Shown piece by piece: positions 35,743-44,646 of a stretch of 62,424 nucleotides of DNA. The position numbers and the translations under genes are program-made. The notes beneath the pieces are model-generated. The model did not search any database and was not told the origin of the DNA. It saw nothing but the letters and a program-made list of their open reading frames with translations. The stretch is taken from contig CAYMRU010000001.1 of NCBI GenBank assembly GCA_964392975.1, forward strand, positions 1-62,424, read 5' to 3'. The stretch is from an uncultured Candidatus Poseidoniales archaeon (lineage in GTDB: Archaea > Thermoplasmatota > Poseidoniia > Poseidoniales > Thalassarchaeaceae). The stretch's first letter is position 1. Each line of letters begins with the position of its first letter.

Positions 35743-37014
35743 ATGGCCTTCAGGGACCTGTTAGCAGGAGTTGATGAGGTCAACGAGGAGATTAGTATCA
35801 ACCACGATATGTTGGACCGCTCTACATCCATCGGGCACAATGCATTGATATTCAACCGAATCAAGGAGTCGAATGGTTTCCGCTCTGCTCTGAATGTACT
35901 CGTAAGAGATAGGCTATGCTCTCTATTCGAAATCACTCCCGGGGAGTTGATTGACATTTTGGCCTGGGCGATGGAGAACCCAGCCGAACCAGTGATTGTT
36001 GGGAAAGAAGATGCACCAGTTTTTGAAAATACTCAGGATTCAGTGGATTTGTCTGTGCTGCCAATACCTTGGCACTACCCAGAGGATCGTGGCCGTTACC
36101 AATCGGCCTCTGTGATTATCGCGCAGTATGATGGAATCAGAAACATGTCGTTCCATCGTCAATTCCTGCGCGACTCAAGTCACTCTGTATCCCGATTCGT
36201 TCCCAGACACCTCAGGACGATGACTGACAAAGCCAGAGCCAATGGAGATGAGGTCGAAATCGCAGTAGTTAACGGTCCTGATGCAACTGTTCTACTCGCT
36301 GCTGCGATGTCATTCATACATGACTTAGATGAATTGACCGTGGCGGCAGCACTCCACCAGAGATTACATGGAAAACCTCTCGAACTAGTCACGCTTTCTA
36401 ACGGAATACAAGTTCCTGCTGATTCTGAGTATGCAATGGAAGCCAGAATCACCCTCGAAGATGACGATGAGGGTCCTTATGTAGATATCACCGGAACAGT
36501 AGATGATGTCAGGCAAGAACCTGTGATAGCATACGATGCAGTACATCACAGGGATGCAGCTGTTTTCCACGCATTGATACCAGCTGAAGCCGAACATAGA
36601 ACCCTCATGGGATTGCCAAGAGCCCCCACTATCAAAGCCGCAGTTAACGAAGTCGTTCCATGCACTGATGTATACATGACTGATGGAGGTAGTGGTTGGC
36701 TGTCGGCTGTCGTTTCGATTGAACCCCAAAACGAAGGAGACGGAATCAAGGCTATTCATGCAGCCTTGGACGGTCACAGATCTATGAAGCAGGTCACCAT
36801 TGTAGATACGGACATCGATTGCTCTAACCCCGTTCGTGTTGAGTGGGCTTTGATGACACGTTGGCAACCAGACAAGGATACCGTGATTCTATCGGGGCAA
36901 AAGGGTTCCAGTCTAGACCCATCCAGAGGAGAGGATGGCCTGACCAGCAAGATTGGCATAGATGCCACCTTACCACCTGGAATTAATCGCTCCCCGTACG
37001 AGAGTGTCTTGTGA
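35743..37014 (+). CDS. ubiD: UbiD-family (prFMN-dependent) decarboxylase
   Basis: N-terminal FRDLL...EISINHD, the EGPYVDITG (compare EGPFGxxTG) segment, and C-terminal WALMTRWQPDKD are typical of UbiD. Trimmed to ATG 35743. Confidence 0.82.
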   Translation: MAFRDLLAGVDEVNEEISINHDMLDRSTSIGHNALIFNRIKESNGFRSALNVLVRDRLCSLFEITPGELIDILAWAMENPAEPVIVGKEDAPVFENTQDSVDLSVLPIPWHYPEDRGRYQSASVIIAQYDGIRNMSFHRQFLRDSSHSVSRFVPRHLRTMTDKARANGDEVEIAVVNGPDATVLLAAAMSFIHDLDELTVAAALHQRLHGKPLELVTLSNGIQVPADSEYAMEARITLEDDDEGPYVDITGTVDDVRQEPVIAYDAVHHRDAAVFHALIPAEAEHRTLMGLPRAPTIKAAVNEVVPCTDVYMTDGGSGWLSAVVSIEPQNEGDGIKAIHAALDGHRSMKQVTIVDTDIDCSNPVRVEWALMTRWQPDKDTVILSGQKGSSLDPSRGEDGLTSKIGIDATLPPGINRSPYESVL

Positions 37015-37988
37015 GGTGTCAGATGGCAACCGACATGGGGGCTACTCTACAGCATCCTCGACGCAGCCTCGGCAATCGCCATCGCAGTCAGGCCCTCAAG
37101 TTCCTCGAGATGTCGAAGAACCAATCTGAATACCTCGGATGGGCAGAGCAAAGTGCTAGACAAGCAGTATTGCACGATTTTACGCACCCAGATAACTGGA
37201 GAGTACTAGTTGAAGTCAAATTGATCACCGGAGACGATGCCGGAATACGTGCCGTACTAGTCGAGTTGTTCTCCGTGCTCGGCAGGGATCCTGAATCCCT
37301 GAAACAACTCGATGGAGTCGACATGTCACAGAAGGGTTCTCAGATTCTCGAAGCTAGCCTTAGTGCAGACCCTCTAGATTCTGATTCATGGTGGCAGACG
37401 GTTGATGTTGACCAAAATGGAGTGAATGAATTCTGTCAAAGAGTTCAGACACTCGACCTACAGGACATTAGAGCTAGCGTACTGTTCTCACGGAGGCTTG
37501 AGAGACTCAGGGACTCTGGATATGAAGATGAGTTTCTAGAGTTGTCAAAGTTGGTACTAGCTCACAGACCTAACAATCACGAGACTTGGTCAGAGTTAGG
37601 GCGAATGCACGAGAGGAGAGGAGAATTCGATAACGCTTGGATGTGCTACGACCAAGCCCAATTACACTTCCCAGATATTGCAGTAAGGGATCGATTCATT
37701 GAGAGAATGGAATCCAAGATGGATTCCGGTGACACGTCCCCGTGGAATGGGCCTGGTCTGGATTCGAAAGTGCAATTCCTTCGTCGCATGCAAAATCTCG
37801 CTGGACAATCCTCATCTCCTGCTGAGGACGATGAAACAGATGAAGAGGAACACAATCCATTGGATGAAATAGATTCATTGTTACAGACTAACCGAGTGAC
37901 AGAGGCATTCTTCCTCGCTAGGAGAATGTCTGCTGAAGGTGTCGAAGGAGCAATTGATAGAGTCGATGAGATTAGGGGTATGCTATGA
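37011..37988 (+). CDS. hypothetical helical-repeat (TPR-like) protein
   Basis: There is one clear TPR-like unit (ETWSELGRMHERRGEFDNAWMCYDQAQ). GTG 37011 overlaps the ubiD stop (GTGA); ATG 37023 is an alternative. Confidence 0.55.
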   Translation: MRCQMATDMGATLQHPRRSLGNRHRSQALKFLEMSKNQSEYLGWAEQSARQAVLHDFTHPDNWRVLVEVKLITGDDAGIRAVLVELFSVLGRDPESLKQLDGVDMSQKGSQILEASLSADPLDSDSWWQTVDVDQNGVNEFCQRVQTLDLQDIRASVLFSRRLERLRDSGYEDEFLELSKLVLAHRPNNHETWSELGRMHERRGEFDNAWMCYDQAQLHFPDIAVRDRFIERMESKMDSGDTSPWNGPGLDSKVQFLRRMQNLAGQSSSPAEDDETDEEEHNPLDEIDSLLQTNRVTEAFFLARRMSAEGVEGAIDRVDEIRGML

Positions 37989-38380
37989 CTGATGAATTCG
38001 CATTGGCATGGACCACCTCCAAGTTCTCTGCCGAAAATTGTTGGATAATGGTACTGCATTCTCAAAGAGGATGGGAATTACCAGGCGGGTTAATCGCCGA
38101 GGGTGAAGAGATCGAGCAAGCAGCCCTCAGAGAGTTATTTGAGGAAACTGGATTGTTAGGTATCGCTGTGGCAGTGGATTCATCGATTGTGAAGGGCGGA
38201 CATGTTGTTTGGGTACAAGTCGATGAGGTGCCTAATCCACTTCCTTGGAACTCAATCGATAGTAGCATTGAGGAAGTTGGTTGGTGCGTCGATATTCCTG
38301 ATAACCTAGGTTGGGGAGTGGATGAGATTGAGGTCATCCTTGCTCATGATTGGAGTAACTCGAGAAGTCTTGGATCTTGA
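37985..38380 (+). CDS. Nudix hydrolase
   Basis: Complete Nudix box GLIAEGEEIEQAALRELFEETGL (Gx5Ex7REUxEExGU). The start overlaps the upstream stop (ATGA). Confidence 0.85.
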   Translation: MTDEFALAWTTSKFSAENCWIMVLHSQRGWELPGGLIAEGEEIEQAALRELFEETGLLGIAVAVDSSIVKGGHVVWVQVDEVPNPLPWNSIDSSIEEVGWCVDIPDNLGWGVDEIEVILAHDWSNSRSLGS

Positions 38381-39168
38381 ATGTCAGCTATCTTCTCCTC
38401 TAGGCTCGTTATCCATCCTTCTTCCTCAAGCATCTCTGCAGCATCAATCACGAGTCCGAGATCTGCCCTATCAGGCCCACTCACGTCAACTAGAAGAACT
38501 GGTAGCAGCATCTCTACAACCTCTCTGACATCCTGTGAATTCGCAGGAATCCATGTAGTCCCAGCATCATTCCTTGGCTTGGCATTCTCTACTCGGTATT
38601 GCATCCGAGGCGCTACATCATTTACTTCATCGAGAGCGATGTCTAACCATTCTAACGAGGCAGCCAAGGCTTCGGGAGTCATCCCACAATCGTTCAGGTA
38701 ATCTCTTGCTGCCCAGAGGTGCCTCATAGCTGTGGAAAGGTCATCCAATGATGCGAGCATCCTCCCCACCTCTAATCGAGATAGGCCCAATACTTGCTTA
38801 GAGTGCCCATTTGAAGGAGAGATGCCGGAATGAGTCGCCAATGCCATCATGGTCTCACTGTTATTACGATGCCATGCTGCCATATTGAGAATTGAAATGC
38901 CGTGATTCAGTGATCCGGGAGAAATTGCGTTGAGGCGTTCCATGCACCACTTCAATTCAGCTCCGGTTTTCTTTTCATCACCAATTCCAAACAGTGCCCT
39001 CTGCATCCTAGTTAATGCTTCTACCTCAGGATTTCTCTCTTCGCTAGATCTTGAACGAATCAGTATATCGTTAGATTTCACAGCGAAATCGGTTGTGTTT
39101 CCCTGCCTGACTTTATTCATCAAGGCCTGAAACTCTGACAATAGCGGCGAGATTTGTGATTTGCTCAT
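38344..39168 (-). CDS. hypothetical helical protein, last gene of the exosome superoperon
   Basis: The ORF at 38344-39300 was trimmed to ATG 39168, 4 nt after the prefoldin stop. No recognisable motif. Its 3' end overlaps the convergent Nudix gene by 37 nt. Confidence 0.55.
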   Translation of the reverse strand: MSKSQISPLLSEFQALMNKVRQGNTTDFAVKSNDILIRSRSSEERNPEVEALTRMQRALFGIGDEKKTGAELKWCMERLNAISPGSLNHGISILNMAAWHRNNSETMMALATHSGISPSNGHSKQVLGLSRLEVGRMLASLDDLSTAMRHLWAARDYLNDCGMTPEALAASLEWLDIALDEVNDVAPRMQYRVENAKPRNDAGTTWIPANSQDVREVVEMLLPVLLVDVSGPDRADLGLVIDAAEMLEEEGWITSLEEKIADIQDPRLLELLQS

Positions 39169-39172
39169 ACGC

Positions 39173-39496
39173 TCACCGGTTCTCGAATGACTTGACCAGT
39201 GCCTCATATTGGCTAACGAGACTTGTCTCCCTATCTTCCAACTTCGCAGAGTGTTCAACGAAGGCATTTCTTGAATCCTCCAACTCATTCCTAAGGGCAT
39301 CCCTGTCTTCTACTTCCAGTAGTAGATTTCCAACTGCCCTGTACACTGGTCTGTTCAAATCTTGAGTATCAAGAGCTTCAACGGTGATAGAAATCTCCGA
39401 TATCTGGGACGATAATGCCTGTATCTGGGATCGTACCAATTGTAGCTCTTGGGCTAGGGCCTGTAACTCTTGGGCTGTAGCCTCAGATTCACTCAT
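39173..39496 (-). CDS. pfdB: prefoldin beta subunit
   Basis: About 107 aa. Two heptad coiled-coil arms flank a beta-hairpin region (VYRAVGNLLLEV). This is the conserved position in the superoperon. Confidence 0.8.
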   Translation of the reverse strand: MSESEATAQELQALAQELQLVRSQIQALSSQISEISITVEALDTQDLNRPVYRAVGNLLLEVEDRDALRNELEDSRNAFVEHSAKLEDRETSLVSQYEALVKSFENR

Positions 39497-39729
39497 CACT
39501 CATCATCTCCGAGTCCTAGGACATGCTCGGAGGCAATTAACCCACGCATCAGCGTGTTCCAACGGGCCCTGAGATCTACTAACGAATCAGCCGACTCTTC
39601 GACTGCCAAAGTTGTGTCGTTTATTAGACTGAATGAGGCTTCTGTGGTGAGTGAAGCAGCTAGTGCTGGCGCTTTGGCGTGATTCAAGTGCAAAATCAGT
39701 TGTGAAGATTTACTCTTCCTCTGAGTCAT
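39496..39729 (-). CDS. pcc1: KEOPS subunit Pcc1-like protein
   Basis: About 77 aa. The C-terminal helix DLVDLRARWNTLMRGLIASEHVL resembles the Pcc1 D..LRA..NS.LR helix. It sits between L37Ae and prefoldin beta, which is typical for COG2892. The sequence is shorter and more divergent than typical Pcc1. Confidence 0.5.
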   Translation of the reverse strand: MTQRKSKSSQLILHLNHAKAPALAASLTTEASFSLINDTTLAVEESADSLVDLRARWNTLMRGLIASEHVLGLGDDE

Positions 39730-40075
39730 TGGGCTCACTCTCGGTCAGACTTCTTTCGTAATCCAAGGCAGCCTGCTGAGCAATTACAGCCATATCGGTT
39801 GCCGTAGCACCTTCCATGGACCTGCGGATTATCCTGTTGTTGGAATCTGTCGCTCTAGTGAAAGGCTCCCAGACCCCTCCGGTGAATGTATGGTCACACT
39901 TGCGGCACTCCCAGATTCCCGCAGCCTTCCTGCGGACCTTCTGGTAATTACACGAAGGACAAGTGTAGTGACGAGATTTCTTCTTCAGTGCTGCCCCGGC
40001 TCTGCGTCGGACACTAACTCCATAGCGAGATCCGAAACGAGCAGTGGTCCCGGACTTCTGGGTTCTCTTTGCCAT
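39710..40075 (-). CDS. rpl37ae: 50S ribosomal protein L37Ae (eL43) with an acidic C-terminal extension
   Basis: MAKRTQKSGTTARFGSRYG and the CPSC...CRKC zinc ribbon. The extra acidic tail is about 25-30 aa (…SLTESEPNDSEEE). Confidence 0.93.
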   Translation of the reverse strand: MAKRTQKSGTTARFGSRYGVSVRRRAGAALKKKSRHYTCPSCNYQKVRRKAAGIWECRKCDHTFTGGVWEPFTRATDSNNRIIRRSMEGATATDMAVIAQQAALDYERSLTESEPNDSEEE

Positions 40076-40861
40076 CTACTCGCCTCCGTGTACCATATCT
40101 CTGAGTTCACTACACCTTGACTTCGCATGCTCCATGATTTCAGAGAATTCACTGGCCGTGAAGATTCCCTTTAGACCCTTCTGAAGAGAATGTACATTGT
40201 CATCATCACCTAATGTGATGTGTATTCTCTCATCCCCTCCGAGTTCCTCCTTTCCGTCCGCGTCGTAGACGAACCTGCCTCCGACCTTGTGGTAAGAGCA
40301 CATGATTGGAGTTTTCGAAACAGGTAGAGGCCTGTCTGCATCACTGACTTCGAACTTGACTTCAGGGATTACAGCGGTTCTAAGAGCAGCGATTCCGGCC
40401 AAGGCGAAGGCGTCGAACAGATTACCATCATCAGAAACAGCAAACAAGTCTAGTATGACTTGCCAAGCCTTCTCACCTGGGATGATACAAAGGTCATCCA
40501 CGTCAATGCACCCCGACTCTCTGATTCCCCTATCTACTACTCTGCTGAGTTCAATTGACTCGGGACTAGGTGGGCCTGCCTCCCAGTGACGGCCTGCTAC
40601 GGGCCTTACTTCTGCACTACACATCAGGCCGCCTTGGTTAGGTCGATCTGGGTAAGGTGTCATAATCTGGAACTTGACTCCAGCATATACTATGGTATCA
40701 CCCATCGTGACCATTGCAGAACCCTCTGCATTAGGCAAGACGTTTGTCTGAAGCACGATGTCTCTAGACTCCCATTGGTCTCGGCTATCCATCCTCTGGC
40801 CTTGCTGAGCCAATTCTGCCAAGTGAACGCGGAGCAACTGTGGAACTAGTGGAATCGCCAT
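40076..40861 (-). CDS. rrp42: exosome complex component Rrp42 (RNase PH-like, non-catalytic)
   Basis: RMDSRDQWESRDIVLQTNVLPNAEGSAMV and operon position. Confidence 0.9.
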   Translation of the reverse strand: MAIPLVPQLLRVHLAELAQQGQRMDSRDQWESRDIVLQTNVLPNAEGSAMVTMGDTIVYAGVKFQIMTPYPDRPNQGGLMCSAEVRPVAGRHWEAGPPSPESIELSRVVDRGIRESGCIDVDDLCIIPGEKAWQVILDLFAVSDDGNLFDAFALAGIAALRTAVIPEVKFEVSDADRPLPVSKTPIMCSYHKVGGRFVYDADGKEELGGDERIHITLGDDDNVHSLQKGLKGIFTASEFSEIMEHAKSRCSELRDMVHGGE

Positions 40862-41577
40862 CAGGATTCACCTCCCTTGAGAGCATCGACCATTATCTTG
40901 TGAATGTCCTGTGCTGCCTCCATATTGTAGTCCCAAGCCTTCTGGAACTCATCTTGGGACAAATCTCCATCCATCTGTAAGAAGACCAGTTCTCCTGAAT
41001 TCGGCAGTATCCCCATAGGTAGGTCGGCCTCGCCGTAGTTATCTTCCTCCTTATTGAGGTCGCAGACCACTACGTCGTTAATCTTGCCAGAAGCAACAGA
41101 GACGACCATGTCTGTCATCGGGATTCCTGCATGTGCCAAAGCTACCGATGCAGCTGTAATACCAACGCATCTGGTTCCAGCTTCGGCTGCTAAAATCTCG
41201 ATTTCAACTCGAATCTTAGAGCGAGGATACATCTCCACCAACACAACGCTCTCAAGTGCCTCAGCAGTTACCTTACTGATTTCTCGGCTGCGTCGGTTGA
41301 AGCCGGGTCGAATCCTATCACTGGTTGAGAATGGTGCCATGTTGTATCTCACATCTAATACTGCTCGATCTTGGCGCTGAATTTTCCTTGGATGCGCCTC
41401 CATTGGGCCGTAAATTGCTGCTACTGCGTGATTATTGCCCCAGATTATTCTCGCAGAGCCATCTGCTACTGGAATAACTCCGGTCTCAATCTCAATGGGC
41501 CTGAGATCTCCGGCCTTGCGGCCGTCCATCCTGATTCCGTTCTCGTCAATCATCTGAACATCGCCATAACCTCCCAT
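40861..41577 (-). CDS. rrp41: exosome complex exonuclease Rrp41 (RNase PH-like, catalytic)
   Basis: RMDGRKAGDLRPIEIETGVIPVADGSA and the GTRCVGITAASVALAHAGIPM motif. Confidence 0.93.
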   Translation of the reverse strand: MGGYGDVQMIDENGIRMDGRKAGDLRPIEIETGVIPVADGSARIIWGNNHAVAAIYGPMEAHPRKIQRQDRAVLDVRYNMAPFSTSDRIRPGFNRRSREISKVTAEALESVVLVEMYPRSKIRVEIEILAAEAGTRCVGITAASVALAHAGIPMTDMVVSVASGKINDVVVCDLNKEEDNYGEADLPMGILPNSGELVFLQMDGDLSQDEFQKAWDYNMEAAQDIHKIMVDALKGGES

Positions 41578-42299
41578 CAGGCAACACCTCCAACAGCTTT
41601 GGATTCTACAGTCATCGTTCTAAGACGATCACGCACAGTGACTACTCCCTCGAATTCTCCATCTACCCAAATTCGGCCGTTATCGCAAACTACTATTCTG
41701 CAGTCAGTCTCGTCCTTTAGATTCCTCAATGAATTGCCCTTTTTGCCGATTAGTTGACCTAATAGATGTGGTTCTACGTCCTCGATTGTACCGGATCTGA
41801 TTTTTCTAAGGCCCAGTCCCTTCATCGTGACTACGCTAGAATGTGTCTCTTCGACTTCTTGAACACGGCAAAGAACCGCTTCACCGATATCCATTACCTG
41901 TCTGGTTCCACCAAATGAGGCGTTTCCAGGTCCTAAGCTCATCGGCAGTATAGCGTTGAACGGAGCTCCAATATCGATGAACCATATGTTGTTGGTACAT
42001 CCCTCTACATATCCGATTACCAAATCTCCAGGTCTCGGGATATATGCCGTTCTAAGAGGCTGAACCGATATTTCGTTTCCTTTCTTATTCACTTTGCCGT
42101 GCTTGGTCGCTCGTAGACGGCCATCCGTCTCAATGACGCCATGGCCGGCTTCTCTACCCTCAATCTGCCCGAGGTCCTCCCCAGGGGCGACGAGAAGGGG
42201 TGCTCGTCCACCTTTATGCGGTCCGTCCGCAGTATCGCTAACACTCATGTTATCGGGCCGCGCGACCCGACCCCCCTTCATAACCATTGATGTATGCAC
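41577..42299 (-). CDS. rrp4: exosome RNA-binding cap subunit Rrp4 (N-terminal domain, S1 and KH)
   Basis: S1 domain (PGDLVIGYVEG...WFIDIG) and KH domain (LIGKKGNSLRNLKDETDCRIVV). Confidence 0.9.
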   Translation of the reverse strand: MHTSMVMKGGRVARPDNMSVSDTADGPHKGGRAPLLVAPGEDLGQIEGREAGHGVIETDGRLRATKHGKVNKKGNEISVQPLRTAYIPRPGDLVIGYVEGCTNNIWFIDIGAPFNAILPMSLGPGNASFGGTRQVMDIGEAVLCRVQEVEETHSSVVTMKGLGLRKIRSGTIEDVEPHLLGQLIGKKGNSLRNLKDETDCRIVVCDNGRIWVDGEFEGVVTVRDRLRTMTVESKAVGGVA

Positions 42300-42311
42300 C
42301 TACGGTGCAAT

Positions 42312-43001
42312 TCAATCGAGTTCCTTCACTTCCAGACCCGAAGAACGGTTTGCAACCCGACTGATGATCTCGTTTCTCATCCCTCCAGGAACTTCGACTA
42401 CGCACGCCCAAGAGCCGTCTTCAAGCCACTGCTCCCTCTGAATAGAGTCCCTGAGCAGTTGTGAGACTCCTCCGTAATCCTTGCCGGGAATCTTGAAAGC
42501 AAGTTTGACAGTAATGAATTGAAGGGGAATGACTGGCTTCAGGATGTCTACCGCGTCCTGCACCTGCCGCTCAATGGAAAGGAATGGATCGGGTTTGAAT
42601 CTGGTCTCAGCCAGTGCATTCTCTATTCGGGTCTGAGGATGTGGTAGACGTGTCTTGGGATCGGTTGCAGTCTGTGCAATCTCAGTCACGATCTGCTTCA
42701 TCTTATCCTCGACCATCTGTTTTCTCTGTGCCGTAGTCAACTGAATGGAGCCTTGAGTCAGAATGCGCTCGACACAAACAGCAAGGTCGGTGCTCCCGAA
42801 GGCTCCTTCAAGGGCCTCCGTAGTGGGACGATCTCCTGTCTTGGAGTCAGACCATACCTCTTCGGCGGCAAGCAAATCACTCAACTGGACCGACTCCGGG
42901 TCGTTCTTCCAGGCCTCAACTAAGTCGGGGTCGACGAGAATCTCATACCTTGAACCTCCTCTCTCGAGACGTGCCGTAACCGCTTCGTCCAGACTCACCA
43001 T
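42312..43001 (-). CDS. SBDS-family ribosome maturation protein (Sdo1)
   Basis: N-terminal FYSH-domain pattern ARLERGGSRYEILVDPDLVEAWK and conserved superoperon position. Confidence 0.88.
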   Translation of the reverse strand: MVSLDEAVTARLERGGSRYEILVDPDLVEAWKNDPESVQLSDLLAAEEVWSDSKTGDRPTTEALEGAFGSTDLAVCVERILTQGSIQLTTAQRKQMVEDKMKQIVTEIAQTATDPKTRLPHPQTRIENALAETRFKPDPFLSIERQVQDAVDILKPVIPLQFITVKLAFKIPGKDYGGVSQLLRDSIQREQWLEDGSWACVVEVPGGMRNEIISRVANRSSGLEVKELD

Positions 43002-43041
43002 GACAGCAGCAGGCGGAAGGTCCGACTTAGAGGCATGGATG

Positions 43042-43752
43042 CTAGGAGATTTTCTCTAGGTGCTTGAGAGCGCTCTCATGTGCCATCTTGTGGTATCCGT
43101 CCGAGTCGACGACAGAAATTTCCACAGTATCCGGGTTGAGATCGTCTTCCAACGACTCTCGCAGGGCCTCGAGGCCCAGTTTGATGGCAGCGTTTTGTGT
43201 CATGTTGGGCTTCCACTTGGCCTCGAAATGATCCATGACTGTTGACTTCCCTCTCCCAATAGCACCAGCTTGGTATGACTGGTAGGCTCCTGAAGGATCG
43301 GTCTCAAACAGGTGGATGCCCTCATTGTCAATGCCTGCAATCAGTAGTGCAGTTCCGAAAGGCCTAGCACCTCCGTACTGGGTGAATGACTGGAGGTGAT
43401 CACACATCTTTTTGACCAGTGAAGTGACTCCGATAGCGTCGCCGTAGGTCATCTTGTTGATCTGGCACTGGACTCTAGCCCTATCTACTAGTTGTCTCGC
43501 ATCCGCGACGAGGCCGGAAGTAGTTATTCCGATGTGGTCATCAATCTGATACATCTTCTCAATCGAGTCTGATATGACCAACTTGCTGGAGATTCTCTTG
43601 TCGACAATCAGTACGACTCCATCCTTGAATTTGAGCCCGACAGTAGTAGTGCCTCGCTTGACTGATTCACGTGCATACTCAACCTGATACAGTCTGCCGT
43701 CGGGTGAGAAGGTCGAAACTCCATGGTCATATCCTCGTCCGCTTGGCTGCAT
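43042..43752 (-). CDS. psmA: proteasome alpha subunit
   Basis: GYDHGVSTFSPDGRLYQVEYA. Trimmed to ATG 43752 (MQPSGRGYD), as in characterised alpha subunits. Confidence 0.95.
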   Translation of the reverse strand: MQPSGRGYDHGVSTFSPDGRLYQVEYARESVKRGTTTVGLKFKDGVVLIVDKRISSKLVISDSIEKMYQIDDHIGITTSGLVADARQLVDRARVQCQINKMTYGDAIGVTSLVKKMCDHLQSFTQYGGARPFGTALLIAGIDNEGIHLFETDPSGAYQSYQAGAIGRGKSTVMDHFEAKWKPNMTQNAAIKLGLEALRESLEDDLNPDTVEISVVDSDGYHKMAHESALKHLEKIS

Positions 43753-43849
43753 GCTAACATGCCGTTGCCTATACGGACTCTTATCAATCTTGGTCGTGAC
43801 TCGTCTTGTGAATCGCGTCATTCATTGATGAAGTCCCACTCGGACGAGC

Positions 43850-44605
43850 GTGAAAGTGGCAGTTCTAGCATCGTCGGGCAAAGACTCGTCATATTGCGCG
43901 TGGTGGGCAACAATGCGTGGTTGGGATGTCGAGTGCATCGTATCTGTAGGAATACAATCCGAAGATTCAATGATGTTTCAGACTAATGGGGTGAGTCTTG
44001 CGGCCTTACAGAGCACTGCCATGAAAGTCCCATGGCTGCCCGTCGTAAGCGACGGCGAGGAGGAGTTAGAAATCAGCGATCTCGAGCAAGCTCTCTCTGG
44101 TAATACCGATTCCGAGCGATGCTTCAAAGAAATGTGGCAAGAAGATTGGTTACGCCCTGAAGAACTAGTTCTGCATGAAGGAACATTAGTTGTCGATGCA
44201 TTGGTAGTGGGGGCCTTACGTTCTGACTACCAGAAAACCAGAATTGATAGGATGTGTGAAAGGCTTGGTATAATCTCTTTTTGTCCGCTTTGGCACCACG
44301 ATTCATACTTACATATGCAGTCACTAATTGAGCATGGATTTGAGGTGATGTTCGTATCAGTTTCTGCTGATGGTCTCAACGAGGAGTGGTTAGGCAGAAT
44401 GCTCGATGAGGGATCACTGCGGGAATTGAAGCGCCTTTCCGAGGAGCATAGATTCAACATCGATGGTGAGGGAGGTGAATTTGAGACGATAGTACTCTCT
44501 TCACCATGTATGGATAGGCAAATAGAATGCGTCACTGAGAGCCTATGGGAAGGCACCAGAGGCTCGATATCGATACGCGAGGCTCGTTTAGCGAGCATGC
44601 GCTAG
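43850..44605 (+). CDS. dph6: diphthine-ammonia ligase-like N-type ATP pyrophosphatase (Dph6 / MJ0570 family)
   Basis: GTG start. PP-loop VLASSGKDS and EGGEFETIVL near the C-terminus. Confidence 0.8.
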   Translation: MKVAVLASSGKDSSYCAWWATMRGWDVECIVSVGIQSEDSMMFQTNGVSLAALQSTAMKVPWLPVVSDGEEELEISDLEQALSGNTDSERCFKEMWQEDWLRPEELVLHEGTLVVDALVVGALRSDYQKTRIDRMCERLGIISFCPLWHHDSYLHMQSLIEHGFEVMFVSVSADGLNEEWLGRMLDEGSLRELKRLSEEHRFNIDGEGGEFETIVLSSPCMDRQIECVTESLWEGTRGSISIREARLASMR

Positions 44606-44646
44606 GCTCAAACAGGAGTCTAGGTCCGCAGACCACGGGGAAGGCC

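Noticed and set aside
35193-35957. ORFs 35193-35666 (+, 157 aa) and 35574-35957 (-, 127 aa)
   Set aside because: The first is antisense to ribosomal protein S12. The second spans the S12/UbiD promoter spacer and runs antisense to the ubiD-like 5' end. Both have Arg/Ser/Pro-rich compositions without motifs.
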